Shown in pieces: positions 1 to 12,793 of a DNA stretch of 64,000 bases (position 1 is its first letter; the number at the start of each line of letters is the position of its first letter). A model generated the notes under the pieces. The model saw only the letters and a list, made by a program, of their open reading frames with translations. It ran no database searches and was not told the origin of the DNA. A program made the translations under genes and the position numbers. The DNA is taken from positions 128,506 through 192,505 of the forward strand of contig CAWFSE010000003.1 of the NCBI GenBank assembly GCA_963818455.1, read 5' to 3'. Source of the DNA: an uncultured Actinomycetota bacterium. GTDB taxonomy: Bacteria > Actinomycetota > Actinomycetes > CAVWCF01.

Positions 1-2176
1 GACGGCGACGGCCCGGACTCGAGGTTCGCCCGGATCATGCCGCTCGTCGTCGAGCACGGGGCGGCCGTCGTCGCGCTGACCATCGACGAGGAGGGGCAGG
101 CGCGTACCGCCGAGTGGAAGGTGCGCATCGCCGAGCGGCTGATCGCCGACCTGACCGGCCGCTGGGGGATGCGGATCGAGGACATCCTGATCGACTGCCT
201 GACCTTCCCGATCGCCACCGGCCAGGAGGAGACCCGCCGCGACGCCCTGGAGACGATCGAGGCGATCCGCGAGGTCAAGACGCGCTAGCCGGACGTGCAG
301 ACCACGCTCGGCCTGTCCAACGTCTCCTTCGGCCTCAACCCGGCCGCCCGCCAGGTGCTCAACTCGGTCTTCCTCGCCGAGTGCGTCCGCGCCGGGCTGG
401 ACTCGGCGATCGTGCACGCGTCCAAGATCCTGCCGATGGCCCGGATCCCCGACGAGCAGCGCTCGGTCGCCCTCGACCTGGTCTACGACCGGCGGCGCGA
501 GGGCTACGACCCGCTGCAGCGGTTCCTGCAGCTGTTCGAGGGGGTGAGCGCGCAGTCGTCGGCCGCCACGCGGGCCGAGGAGCTCGCCGCGCTGCCGCTC
601 TTCGACCGGCTCGAGCGGCGCATCGTCGACGGGGCGCGGGTCGGACTCGAGGCCGACCTCGACGACGCGCTGGCCGAGCGTCCGGCGCTGGAGATCGTCA
701 ACGACACCCTGCTGTCGGGCATGCGGACCGTGGGGGAGCTGTTCGGCTCCGGCCAGATGCAGCTGCCGTTCGTGCTGCAGTCCGCCGAGGTGATGAAGGC
801 CGCGGTCGCCTACCTCGAGCCGCACATGGAGCGCGCCGACGCCGGCCGGCAAGGGCGTGATCGTGCTGGCGACCGTCAAGGGCGACGTGCACGACATCGG
901 CAAGAACCTCGTCGACATCATCCTGACCAACAACGGCTACACCGTGGTCAACCTCGGGCATCAAGCAGCCGGTGAGCGCGATCCTGGAGGCGGCCCACGA
1001 GCACTCCGCCGACGCGATCGGCATGTCCGGGCTGCTGGTGAAGTCGACCGTGATCATGAAGGAGAACCTCGAGGAGATGAACACCCGCGGGGTCGCCGCC
1101 CGCTGGCCCGTGCTCCTCGGCGGGGCGGCGCTGACCCGCGCGTACGTCGAGCAGGACCTCGCGGCGGTCTACGCCGGCGAGGTGCGCTACGCCCGGGACG
1201 CCTTCGAGGGGCTGCGCCTGATGGACGCCCTGATGGCGGTCAAGGCCGGCACCCCGGGCGCCGCCCTGCCGGAGCGCAAGCAGCGGGTGGTGCGCGGCTC
1301 GGCCGCCCGGCTGGAGGAGACCGCCCCCGCGGATCTGCCCTCGCGCTCCGACGTGGCCGCCGACAACCCGGTGCCGGCGCCGCCGTTCTGGGGCGACCGG
1401 ATCGTGCGCGGCATCGCGCTGGCCGAGTACGCCGCCTACCTCGACGAGCGGGCCACCTTCCTCGGCCAGTGGGGGTTGAAGCCGACGCGCGGGGCCGAGG
1501 GGCCCGGGTACGAGGAGCTGGTCGAGACCGAGGGCCGCCCGCGGCTGCGGATGTGGCTGGAGCGGATGAAGACCGAGGGCCTGCTGGAGGCCGCCGTCGC
1601 GTACGGCTACTTCCCCTGCGTGAGCGAGGGGGACGACCTCGTGGTGCTCCACCACGAGGGGCCGCTCAAGGGCCAGGAGCGGGTGCGCTTCACCTTCCCG
1701 AGGCAGCGCCGCGACCGGCACCTGTGCCTGTCCGACTTCTTCCGCTCCCGGGAGTCCGGCGAGACCGATGTGGTCGCGTTCACCGTGGTCACGATGGGCC
1801 AGCGCGTCTCCGAGGCGGCCAACGAGCTCTTCGCCAAGGACTCCTACCGCGACTACCTCGAGCTGCACGGCCTGTCCGTCCAGCTGGCCGAGGCACTGGC
1901 CGAGTTGTGGCACGCGCGGGTGCGCGACGAGCTGGGCCTCGGCGGCGAGGACTCCGGCGACCTCGACGACATCCTGCGCCAGGGCTACCGCGGCTCGCGC
2001 TACTCGTTCGGCTACCCGGCCTGCCCGGACCTGGAGGACCAGACCAAGCTGGTCGAGCTGCTGGCCCCGAGCGGATCGGCGTCGAGCTCTCCGAGGAGTT
2101 CCAGCTGCACCCCGAGCAGTCCACGTCGGCGATCATCGTCCACCACCCCGAGGCGAAGTACTTCAATGCCCGCTGA
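1..2176 (+). pseudogene. metH: Cobalamin-dependent methionine synthase MetH, 5' end cut by the window edge. The frame is broken as assembled by one in-frame TAG and at least 3 frameshifts.
   Basis: Frame pieces tile one MetH. Frame 1, 1-288: ..TIDEEGQARTAEWKVRIAERL... TAG at 286-288. [21 protein letters not shown] follows to about 850. Frame 2, about 857-958: [26 protein letters not shown] (B12-binding DxHxxG). Frame 0, about 960-2064. Frame 2 to the stop at 2174-2176: ..[27 protein letters not shown]. Confidence 0.9.
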
Positions 2177-2865
2177 ACGCCGCGGCGATCGCCGCCGCGG
2201 CCGGCCGCTCGCTGCATGCCGTCTTCTTCGACATGGACGGCCTGCTCGTGGACACCGAGCACCTCTGGAACGACGCGGAGGCCGACGTCTTCGCCCGGCT
2301 CGGAGGGGACACCTGGACCGCTGAAGACCAGGCCCACGTCGTGGGCGGCCCGATGGCCAAGGCCGCCCGCTACCTCGGCGAGCGCGCCGGCTCGGACGCC
2401 GCGCCCGAGCAGATCGCCGCGCTGCTCGTCGAATCCATGGCCGGCCGCCTTCGGGCCGGCGCCGACTACCGCCCCGGCGCGGTCGGCCTGCTCGACGACC
2501 TGGTCCGGGCGGGGATCCCGTGCGCGCTGGTGTCGTCGTCGCCCCGCGTCCTCGTGGACGCCGTGCTGGAGCACGTGGGCGCCGACCACTTCGCCTTCAC
2601 GCTGGCCGGCGACGAGGTGGCGCGCACCAAGCCGCACCCCGACCCGTACCTCGAGGCGGCCCGCCGGATGGGCGCCGAGGCCGCCCAGTGCGTCGTGCTC
2701 GAGGACTCGCCCACCGGGCTCGCCGCCGCCGAGGCCGCCGGCTGCCTGGTGGTCGCCGTGCCGTTCGTCGTGGCGATCGAGCCGGGCCCCCGCCGCCACG
2801 TCGTCGAGTCGCTGCGGGCCCTGGACGCCGCCCTGCTCGACCGGCTGGTCGCTACTCCGTCGTGA
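2166..2865 (+). CDS. HAD-superfamily phosphatase (beta-phosphoglucomutase-like). The start is uncertain.
   Basis: Frame-1 translation carries the HAD motifs: [12 protein letters not shown] (DxD), [22 protein letters not shown] and [16 protein letters not shown]. No ATG/GTG/TTG lies in frame upstream of the DMDG motif. ATG 2166 is in another frame, so the 5' end may itself contain an indel. Confidence 0.7.
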
Positions 2866-5378
2866 CGGCCCGCAGGACGTCCAGCCGCGCGGCCCGGCGG
2901 GCCGGCCACACGGCGGCGAAGACCCCCACGAACGCCGCCACCACGAGCACGGCGATCAGCAGGCCCCACGGGATCGAGAGCACCTCGATGCCCTGGTCCA
3001 CCAGGGCGCGCTGCAGCGCCACCCCGAAGGCCAGGCCGAGCGCGATGCCCAGCACCGCCCCGTACACCGCGATCACGACCGACTCGAGCCGGACCATCCG
3101 GCGCAGCTGCCCGCGGGTCATGCCCACCGCCCGCAGCAGCCCGATCTCGCGGGTGCGCTCGATCACCGACAGGGCGAGGGTGTTGATGATGCCCAGGATC
3201 GCGATCACCACCGCGAGGCCGAGCAGCGCGTAGACCAGCGCCAGCAGCTGGTTGATCTGGCCGCGGATCTGCTCCTTGAACTCGGCCTGGCTGGTGACCT
3301 CGACCGTCGGGAAGGGCTCGAGGGCCGCCTCGAGGTCCGGGCGGATGCTGGTGGGGTCCACGCCCTCCTCGGCCTTGACGTACACGACGAAGTCGACATC
3401 GGGGTTGCCGGCCGCCACGACGAGCGAGCGACCCACGACGTAGCCGGTGAAGGTGCCCTCGCCGACGTAGATCCCGCCCACCTGGTAGCTCTTCGGCCCG
3501 GACAGCCAGGTCACCTCGACGGTGTCACCGACCGAGATGCCCTCGGCCTTGGCGGTCTCCTCGTCGACGACCATGCCCTCGTCGACGGACTCGAAGGTCC
3601 CGTCCACCACCTCGAAGGAGACCACGCTGGACGCCGGCCCGGACTCCAGCCCGGTGATCAGCACCTGGCTGCCGTTGACGAGTGCCGGGGTCTGCATGAT
3701 CCCGACCGAGGAGCCCACCCCGTCGACCTCGGCGACCGCGGCGGCGACCTCCGTGCTGAACGGCTGGAAGCCCGGGTTGAGGACGAGGTAGTCGGCGCCG
3801 ATCACCCGGTCGATGGTCGCGTCGGTGCTCGCGGTCGTCGACGCCCCGAGGGTTCCGATCGCGGCGACGAGCGCCAGCCCGATCATCAGCGCCGACGCCG
3901 TGGAGGCGGTGCGCCGGCGGTTGCGCTGGGCGTTGCCGACGGCCAGCACTCCGACCGCCCCCCAGAGCCGTCGGACGGGCGCGCCGAGGAAGCCGACGAT
4001 CGGGCGGCTGATGCTGGGGGAGAGCACCGCGACGCCGACGAAGACCAGCAGCGCCCCGACGCCGACGAGGGCCAGCGGCTGCGGCCCCGCCCCGGCCAGG
4101 CCGAGGGCGAGGGCAGCCGCCCCCATCGCCGCCAGCACCGTCCCGGCGACGGCCCGCACATGCAGCGAGCGGGTCGGCAGCGCGATGTCGTCGCGCATGG
4201 CGGCGACCGGGGGGATGTGCGCGGCGCGGCGGGCCGGGAAGTACGCCGAGCCGACCGTCACGACGATCCCGACCACCAACGCCACGATGATCGTGCGGGG
4301 CGCGACCACCAGCGAGCCGGCGGGGATCTCGATGCCGAGGGCCGCGAACAGCGCGCGCAGGCCCACGGCCAGGCCAAGGCCGAGCAGCAGCCCGCCGATC
4401 CCGCCGACGATGCCGACGACCAGCGACTCGCCCAAGACGCTGCGTGGTGACCTGGCGGCGGCTGGCGCCGATCGCGCGGAGCAGGGCGAGCTCGCGGGTG
4501 CGCTGGGCCACCAGCATCGAGAACGTGTTCAGGATGATGAAGCACCCGACGAACAGCGCGATGAACGCGAACACCAGCAGGAACGTGTTGATGAACGACA
4601 GCGCCTGGGTCAGCTGCGCCGCGGCCTCGTCCTGGGCCTCCTCGCCGGTCTGCACCTTGGCGCCGTCGCCCAGCGCCGCCGAGATGCGCTCGGCGAGGAC
4701 CTGCTGGGTGACGTCGGGCTCGCCCAGGACATCGATCTCGCTCCAGCGGTCGCCGCCCAGGAGCAGCCCCTGGGCGACCGCTGGCTCGAAGGCCGTCAGC
4801 GACGCCCCAGCCAGGTTGCCGGTGGTGCCGTAGCGGAAGACGCCGACGATCTCGGGCTCAAGCGACGGGCCCGGGGTGACCACGCGGATGCTGTCGCCGA
4901 CCTCGACCCCGGCCTGCTCGGCGGCCTGGGTGTCGATGGCGATCTCGTCGTCGCCCACGGGGGCACGGCCCTCGACGAGGCTCAGCGGCGACAGGGCCGC
5001 GTCGTCGGACCAGGAGACGCCGTAGTGCGGCGCCCCGGGGGTGCCGATCACGTCGCCGTCGCGGTCGACGAGCGTGACGCCGTCCACCAGGACGGTCCCC
5101 TCCGCACGCTTGACCCCGTCGACCGCGCGCACCTGGGCGAGCATCTCGCCAGGCAGCGAGGGGGCCACCCCGGCGGTCTGGTTCGGCGTGAAGGCGCTGT
5201 CCGGGGTGACGACGACGTCGGTCTCGGTCTGGGTGAACAGCTCGTTGAAGGTCTTGCCGAGCGTGTCGGTGAAGACGAAGGTGCCGGCCACGAACGCGAC
5301 GCCGAGCACCACGGCGAGCGCGGACATGAGCAGCCTGAGCTTGTGCGCCCCGAGGTTGCGCAGGGTGGCCTTGAGCAT
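2852..5378 (-). pseudogene. MacB/FtsX-type ABC transporter permease with two FtsX domains. One frameshift as assembled.
   Basis: The N-terminal half is in ORF 3525..5378 (MLKATLRNLGAHKLRLLMSALAVVLG.., first FtsX block ..LVAQRTRELALLRAIGASRRQV). The C-terminal half is in ORF 2852..4435 (second block ..SVIERTREIGLLRAVGMTRGQL..). The frames join near 4436-4446. Confidence 0.85.
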
Positions 5379-5381
5379 GGA

Positions 5382-6202
5382 TCAGGCCTCTGCGGCCGGG
5401 TGGGCGGCCGGGTGGGCGGCGGCGGGTGGTCGGCGCCCGTGACGTCGAAGCGCTTCATCCGCTCGTGCACGAGGTCGGTCGTCGGGTCGGCCATGTCGTC
5501 GACGATCCGGCCGTCGCCGAGGAAGATCACCCGGTCGGCGTAACTGGCGGCGCCGGGGTCGTGGGTGACCATGACCACGGTCTGGCCCAGCTCGTCCACC
5601 GACTGCCGCAGGAAGCCCAGCACCTCGGCGCTGGAGGCGGAGTCGAGGTTGCCGGTGGGCTCGTCGGCGAAGATCACCGCGGGCTGCGAGGCCAGCGCGC
5701 GGGCGCAGGCCACCCGCTGCTGCTGGCCGCCGGACAGCTCGCTGGGGCGGTGGCCCAGCCGGGGGCGCAGCCCGATGGTGTCGATCACCCGGTCCAGCCA
5801 GGCCTGGTCGGGCTTGCGGCCGGCGATGTCCATCGGCAGCGTGATGTTCTCCAGCGCCGTGAGGGTGGGGATCAGGTTGAACGCCTGGAAGACGAAGCCG
5901 ACCTGGTCGCGGCGCAGCTGGGTGAGGTCGTTGTCCTTGAGCCCGGTCAGGGCGGTGTCGCCGATCCAGACCTCGCCGGAGGTGGCCTCGTCGAGGCCGG
6001 CCAGGCAGTGCATGAGGGTCGACTTGCCGGACCCCGACGGTCCCATGATCGCCGTGTAGCGGCCCCGCTCCAGGGAGCAGGACACCGCGTCGAGGGCCAC
6101 CACCTGGGTGTCGCCCGACCCGTACACCTTGGTCAACGACTCGGCGCGCGCCGCGATGCCCCCGGCCGGGGCGGCGGGCTGCTGATCGGGTGCTGCGGTC
6201 AC
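5382..6202 (-). CDS. ABC transporter ATP-binding protein (MacB/LolD-like). The stop codon is lost from the assembled frame.
   Basis: Walker A GPSGSGKST, signature LSGGQQQRVACARAL, Walker B VIFADEPTG and H-loop VMVTHD. GGAGG lies 5 nt upstream of GTG 6202. The in-frame reading runs on to 5048, through the permease start. A TGA at 5382-5384, 3 nt before the permease ATG, sits in another frame, which implies an indel in the Pro/Ala-rich tail. Confidence 0.85.
5394..5417. repeat. Perfect tandem duplication of a 12-mer (GGCCGGGTGGGC x2, followed by a degenerate third copy).
   Basis: Read directly: ggccgggtgggc at 5394-5405 and again at 5406-5417. It encodes the PPTRPPTRP tail of the ABC ATPase on the minus strand. 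Confidence 0.9.
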
Positions 6203-6230
6203 GGGGTCCTCCGACGGCAAGCGCACGCGG

Positions 6231-7217
6231 TCAGGGGCGGCCGCGCACGTGTGCCCAACCTACGGGGCGGGTGGGCCCCGAGCCTCCGGGCCCACCCTGA
6301 GCCGACCCTGGTCTCAGACCTCGTCGACCGGGGTCGAGGGGCGTCGGCGCCTCGTCGACGGCGTCGTCCACCGCGGCCTCCGGGGCCGGCGCGACCGGCA
6401 GCGGGGGAGGGGTGCCGCCCCAGGCCGGGCAGAGCGCCCGGTGGTCGCACCAGTCGCACAGCCGGGACGGGTTGGGCCGCCAGTCGCCGGTCTCGTGGGC
6501 GCGGGCGATGGCCTGCCAGAGCGCCTCGATCTTGCGCTCGGTCGCGCGCAGGTCGCGCTCATCGGGGGTGTAGGTGACCTCGACCCCCGACCCGAGGTAG
6601 AGCAGCTTGAGCATGCTCGGGACCCGCCCGTGCATGCGCCACAGCACGAGGGCGTAGAAGCGCATCTGGAAGAGCGCCTTGCCCTCGAATCCCTCGGCCG
6701 GGGCCTTGCCGGTCTTGTAGTCGACGACCCGCAGCTCGCCGCCGGGGGCCACGTCGAGCCGGTCGACGTAGCCGCGCAGGGCCAGGCCCGACTCAAGCGC
6801 GGTCGACACGTGCAGCTCGCGCTCGGCGGGCTCCAGCCGGCGGGGGTCCTCCAGCCGGAAGTACGCGTCGACCAGGTCGCGCGCGCCGCCGAGGAACTCC
6901 GCGACCTGGGCTGCCACCCCCTCGGCGTCCCCTGACCCGGCGAACAGCCGCTCCAGCTCGGGCTCGGCCTCGAGCAGCCGCAGCCACTCCGGCTCGACCA
7001 GCCCCCGCGCCGCCTCCGGGGTGCGCTCGGCGGCCGGCAGGTCGAACAGCCGCTCCAGGGCGGCGTGCACGACGGTGCCCCGCGTGGCGGCCGGACTGGG
7101 CTCCTCCGGCAGCCGGTCGATCACCCGGAAGCGGTACAGCAGCGGGCAGGTCATGAAGTCCGCGGCGCGCGAGGGCGACAGCGAGGGGCCCGCGGTCGGC
7201 GGGTGGGGGCCTGGCAT
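6231..7217 (-). CDS. PD-(D/E)XK RecB/Cas4-family exonuclease (Rv2119-like). The true stop may be at 6314.
   Basis: ATG at 7217 (MPGPHPPTAG..). Nuclease core ..YVDRLDV..LRVVDYKTGK... C-terminal Cys cluster CDWCDHRALC. The assembled frame ends at 6231. An alternative frame ends ..PVDEV* at 6314, just before a strong hairpin. Confidence 0.8.
   Translation of the reverse strand: MPGPHPPTAGPSLSPSRAADFMTCPLLYRFRVIDRLPEEPSPAATRGTVVHAALERLFDLPAAERTPEAARGLVEPEWLRLLEAEPELERLFAGSGDAEGVAAQVAEFLGGARDLVDAYFRLEDPRRLEPAERELHVSTALESGLALRGYVDRLDVAPGGELRVVDYKTGKAPAEGFEGKALFQMRFYALVLWRMHGRVPSMLKLLYLGSGVEVTYTPDERDLRATERKIEALWQAIARAHETGDWRPNPSRLCDWCDHRALCPAWGGTPPPLPVAPAPEAAVDDAVDEAPTPLDPGRRGLRPGSAQGGPGGSGPTRPVGWAHVRGRP
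6269..6297 (-). terminator. Perfect 10-bp GC hairpin, a candidate terminator after the RecB-like gene.
   Basis: GGGTGGGCCC (6269-6278), a 9-nt loop, then GGGCCCACCC (6288-6297). It lies between the alternative stop at 6314 and the ABC ATPase start. There is no U-tract, which is common in high-GC actinobacteria. Confidence 0.5.
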
Positions 7218-7283
7218 GGCCGCGAAGGTACGCCACCCATCCGACAGCGGGTCGCGGCCGCGGGGAGCGCTTAGCATCGAGGG

Positions 7284-8417
7284 ATGGAGGAGCCGGAGCA
7301 GCGCGACCGCCAGGCCAACCCCGGCCAGCGGCTGGGCTCGGTCGCCGGGATCCCCGTGTACGCCTCGGCCAGCTGGGTCGTGGCGGCCGTGGTGATCACC
7401 GTGATCTTCGCGCCCGCGGTGACGGCGCGGGTGCCTGGAATCGGGGTGTTCGAGGCCCACCTGGTCGCCTTCGTCTTCGCGGTGCTGCTCTACGCGTCGG
7501 TCTTCGTCCACGAGCTCGGCCACGCGCTGACCGCGCTGCGGCTTGGGCTGCCGGTCCGGCGGATCACGCTGCACCTGCTCGGGGGCGTCAGCGAGATCGC
7601 CGAGGAGCCGCCCACACCGGCCCGCGAGCTGCTCGTCTCGGCGGCCGGCCCGCTGCTGTCGCTGGTGATCGGCGGCGCCGCGCTCGCCGCCACCCTGGCC
7701 GTCCAAGACGGCACCATCGCCTACGTCCTGCTCATGCAGCTGGCCATCGCCAACCTGCTGGTGGCCGGCTTCAACCTGCTTCCGGGCCTGCCGCTCGATG
7801 GCGGGCGGCTGCTGCGGGCCGCGGTCTGGGCGGCCACCGGCCGACCCAACGCCGGCACCCGCGTGGCGGCCTACGTCGGACGCGGGCTGGCCCTGCTCGT
7901 GGTCGCCGTGCCGATCGCCGTCGCCTTCGCCAGCGGGGGGCAGCCCTCGCTCCTCGGCCTGCTCTGGGCGGCCCTGATCGCGGCGTTCATCTGGTCCGGG
8001 GCCACCCAGGCGCTGGCCTCGGCCCGCCTGCGCGAGCGGCTGCCCGAGCTGCGGGCGGCGGCCTTCGCCCGTCGCGCCCTCCCGGTCCTGGCCGATGTGC
8101 CGCTGGCCGAGGCGCTGCGGCGGCTGCAGGCCGACGGCGCCGGCGCCCTGGTGGTCGTGGACCGCGAAGACCGGCCGATTGGCATCGTCTCCGAGGCCGC
8201 GGTCCGGGCCACGCCCGTCGATCGCCGGCCCTGGGTGCCCGTCGGCGACCTGGCGCGCCGGATCGAGCCCGGCTCACCGGTGGCCTTCGACCTGCAGGGC
8301 GAGGACCTCGTCCGCGCACTCGGCGGCCCGGGGGAGCGGCTCGTCGTCGACGCCGACGGGCGGGTCTTCGGCGTGCTTTCGGTCGAGGACGTCGGCCGCG
8401 CGCTCAGCCGCCGCTGA
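7284..8417 (+). CDS. Site-2 protease family (M50) zinc metalloprotease with C-terminal CBS pair.
   Basis: Intact 377-aa ORF. It has an HELGH zinc motif (FVHELGHALTAL), multiple TM segments and a CBS-like C-terminus (ALVVVDREDRPIGIVSEAAV..VFGVLSVEDV). Confidence 0.85.
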   Translation: MEEPEQRDRQANPGQRLGSVAGIPVYASASWVVAAVVITVIFAPAVTARVPGIGVFEAHLVAFVFAVLLYASVFVHELGHALTALRLGLPVRRITLHLLGGVSEIAEEPPTPARELLVSAAGPLLSLVIGGAALAATLAVQDGTIAYVLLMQLAIANLLVAGFNLLPGLPLDGGRLLRAAVWAATGRPNAGTRVAAYVGRGLALLVVAVPIAVAFASGGQPSLLGLLWAALIAAFIWSGATQALASARLRERLPELRAAAFARRALPVLADVPLAEALRRLQADGAGALVVVDREDRPIGIVSEAAVRATPVDRRPWVPVGDLARRIEPGSPVAFDLQGEDLVRALGGPGERLVVDADGRVFGVLSVEDVGRALSRR

Positions 8418-9374
<957 letters not shown>

Positions 9375-9512
9375 CCCGACCGACGCCGACACGCGGCCGC
9401 TCGCGCTGGGGTTCGCTCGCGCCGATGCCGTATTAGGTTGGCCTACGCACAACCGAGCGATCCGGCCCGGGCGCCTCCTGCGGCGCGCGTGGCCTCACCG
9501 GGAGGTGGCAGC

Positions 9513-11209
9513 GTGACGGCCCAGGACGACTACGGCAGGGCACGGCACGAGGACGCGCCGACGGCCCGCCAACTGCACGCGCTCGAAGACCGCATCGCCG
9601 CGATCCAGTCCGACCTCGCCGCGGCGACCAGCCAGAACCAGCGCCTCGTCTCCACCCTGCGCGAGGCCCGCGAGCAGATCGTCACGCTCAAGGCCGAGGT
9701 CGACCGGCTGGCGCAGCCGCCGTCGGGCTTCGGGGTGTTCCTCGAGACCCACGACGACGGCACCGTCGACATCATCACCTCCGGGCGCAAGATGCGCGTC
9801 GCGGTCTCGCCCGAGGTGGAGCGGGGCGACCTCCGCCGCGGCCAGGAGGTCCTGCTCAACGAGTCGCTCAACGTCGATCTCCGCGCTCGCCTACGAGCAG
9901 GTCGGCGAGATCGTCATGCTCAAGGAGCTGCTCGAGGACGGCCACCGGGCCCTGGTGATCGGGCACACCGACGAGGAGCGGGTCGTGCGCCTCGCGCAGC
10001 CGCTGCACGACCAGCCGCTGCGCGCCGGCGACTCGCTGCTGCTCGACGCCCGGTCCGGGTACGTCTACGAGCGGATCCCGAAGGCCGAGGTCGAGGAGCT
10101 CGTCCTCGAGGAGGTCCCGGACATCGACTACGGCGACATCGGCGGGCTCGGCTCGCAGATCGAGGCGATCCGCGACGCCGTCGAGCTGCCGTACCTGCAC
10201 GCCGACCTGTTCCGCGAGCACCAGCTGCGACCGCCCAAGGGCATCCTGCTGTACGGCCCGCCCGGCTGCGGCAAGACGCTGATCGCCAAGGCGGTCGCCA
10301 ACTCGCTGGCCAAGAAGGTGGCCGAGCGCACCGGCGCGCGGCGGAGGGCCAGCTCGTACTTCCTCAACATCAAGGGCCCCGAGCTGCTGAACAAGTACGT
10401 CGGCGAGACCGAGCGCCACATCCGGCTGGTCTTCCAGCGGGCCCGCGAGAAGGCCAGCGAGGGCACGCCGGTCATCGTCTTCTTCGACGAGATGGACTCG
10501 CTGTTCCGCACCCGCGGCTCGGGCATCTCCAGCGACGTCGAGAACACCATCGTCCCGCAGCTGCTCAGCGAGATCGACGGCGTCGAGAGCCTGGAGAACG
10601 TCATCGTCATCGGCGCCTCCAACCGCGAGGACATGATCGACCCGGCGATCCTGCGGCCCGGCCGCCTGGACGTGAAGATCAAGATCGAGCGGCCGGACGC
10701 CGAGGCCGCCCGCGACATCTTCACGAAGTACCTCACCCCCGACCTGCCGCTGCACGCCGACGACCTGGCCGAGCACGGCGGCGACCCGCTGGCCACCGTC
10801 ACGGCGATGATCCAGCGGGCGGTCGAGCGGATGTACACCGAGAGCGAGGAGAACCGCTTCCTCGAGGTCACCTACGCCAACGGCGACAAGGAGATCCTCT
10901 ACTTCAAGGACTTCAACACCGGCGCGATGATCGAGAACATCGTCGTCGCGGGCCAAGAAGTGCGCGATCAAGGACTTCCTCGACCTCAACCAGCGCGGGA
11001 TCCGGGTCGGCCACCTGCTCATCGCCTGCGTCGACGAGTTCAAGGAGAACGAGGACCTGCCCAACACCACCAACCCCGACGACTGGGCGCGGATCTCGGG
11101 CAAGAAGGGCGAGCGGATCGTCTTCATCCGCACCCTGATCCAGGGCAAGCAGGGCGCCGAGCCGGGCCGGTCCATCGACACCGTGGCCAACACCGGCCAG
11201 TACCTGTAG
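9513..11209 (+). pseudogene. arc: Proteasome-associated AAA ATPase ARC/Mpa. Two frameshifts as assembled.
   Basis: GTG 9513 is preceded by GGGAGGTGG. Coiled-coil N-terminus, Walker A GPPGCGKT, Walker [10 protein letters not shown], and a C-terminus ..ANTGQYL* (stop at 11207-11209) typical of Mpa/ARC. Frame switches lie near 9873-9880 and 10940-10946 (GGG run). Confidence 0.9.
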
Positions 11210-11236
11210 ACCGCCGATCACCGTCCAACGCTCCTG

Positions 11237-12764
11237 ATGGCCGCGCCGATGACCGCCCAGCGGGTGATGGGCACCGAGACCGAGTACGGGATCTTCGTGC
11301 CCGCCGAGCCGGGCACCAACGCGATGCTGGCCTCGACGCACGTGGTCAACGCCTACGCCCAGGCGGCGGCCCGGGTGCGGGCGCCGCTGGGACTACGAGG
11401 AGGAGCGGCCGCTGCGCGACGCCCGCGGCTTCGACCTCTCCCGCGACGCCGCGGACCCCGGGCTGCTCACCGACGAGGACCTCGGCCTCGCCAACGTGAT
11501 GCTGACCAACGGCGCCCGGCTCTACGTCGACCACGCCCACCCCGAGTACTCCGCGCCGGAGGCCACCAACCCGCGCGACGCCGTGGTGTGGGACAAGGCC
11601 GGCGAGCTCGTGATGGCCGAGGCGGCCCGCCAGGTGGCCGTCCAGGGCGGGCCGCAGATCGCGCTCTACAAGAACAACACCGACAACAAGGGCGCCTCCT
11701 ACGGCACCCACGAGAACTACCTGATGCGGCGGGCCACCGCGTTCGCCGACATCGTGCGGCACCTGATCCCGTTCTTCGTCTCCCGCCAGGTGGTCGTGCG
11801 GCGCCGGGCGGGTCGGCATCGGCCAGGACGGCTCGAGCCACGGCTTCCAGCTCAGCCAGCGCGCCGACTTCTTCGAGGTCGAGGTGGGGCTGGAGACCAC
11901 GCTCAAGCGGCCCATCATCAACACCCGCGACGAGCCGCACGCCGACGCCGAGAAGTACCGCCGGCTGCACGTCATCGTCGGCGACGCCAACCTGTGCGAG
12001 GTCTCGACGTACCTCAAGCTCGGCACCACCGCGCTCGTGCTGGCCATGATCGAGGACGGCGTGCTGCCCGGCGACCTCACGCTCGCCCGCCCGGTGCACG
12101 AGATCCACGCCGTCTCCCACGACCCGACCCTGCGCCACCGCGCCAAGCTCCGCGACGGCCGCGAGCTGACCGCCCTGCAGCTGCAGGGGGAGTACCTCGA
12201 GCAGGCCCGCAAGCACGTCGAGGACCGCCTGGGCTCGGACGCCGACCCGGTGACCCTGGACGTGCTCGACCGCTGGGAGTCGGTCCTGGACCGGCTGGCC
12301 CGCGACCCCCTGCTGCTGCGCGCGCGAGCTGGACTGGGTGGCCAAGAAGCAGATCCTGGACGGCTACCGCGACCGCGACGGCCTCGACTGGTCGCTCGCA
12401 CCGGCTGCACGCCGTCGACCTGCAGTGGTCCGACGTGCGGCCCGACGAGGGCTCTACCACCGGCTGGTCGCGCGCCGGCCGGATCGAGCGCCTGGTCAGC
12501 GACGACGAGGTCCGCCACGCCGTCGGCCACCCGCCGGAGGACACCCGCGCGTACTTCCGCGGCGAGTGCCTGGCGCGGTACGGCGACCAGGTCGCCGCCG
12601 CCTCCTGGGACTCGGTGATCTTCGACGTGCCCGGCTACTCGTCGCTGCAGCGGGTGCCCACGCTCGAGCCGCTGCGCGGGACGCGGGCGCATGTCGAGGC
12701 GCTGCTCGACCGCTGCCCGACGGCACGCGACCTGCTCGACGCATTGGCGCCGGACCGCCGCTAG
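11237..12764 (+). pseudogene. dop: Pup deamidase/depupylase Dop. About six frameshifts as assembled.
   Basis: [35 protein letters not shown] and [26 protein letters not shown] are spread over three frames. Switches lie near 11380, 11798, 12325, 12395, 12450 and 12475. The gene ends ..[10 protein letters not shown] at 12764. Confidence 0.9.
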
Positions 12765-12793
12765 GGTCGGCATCAGTCGACGAGGAGGCACAC

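Noticed and set aside
5394-5417. A tandem repeat considered as a possible CRISPR or VNTR-like array.
   Set aside because: There are only two perfect 12-nt copies, directly adjacent without spacers and inside a coding tail. It is not a CRISPR architecture.
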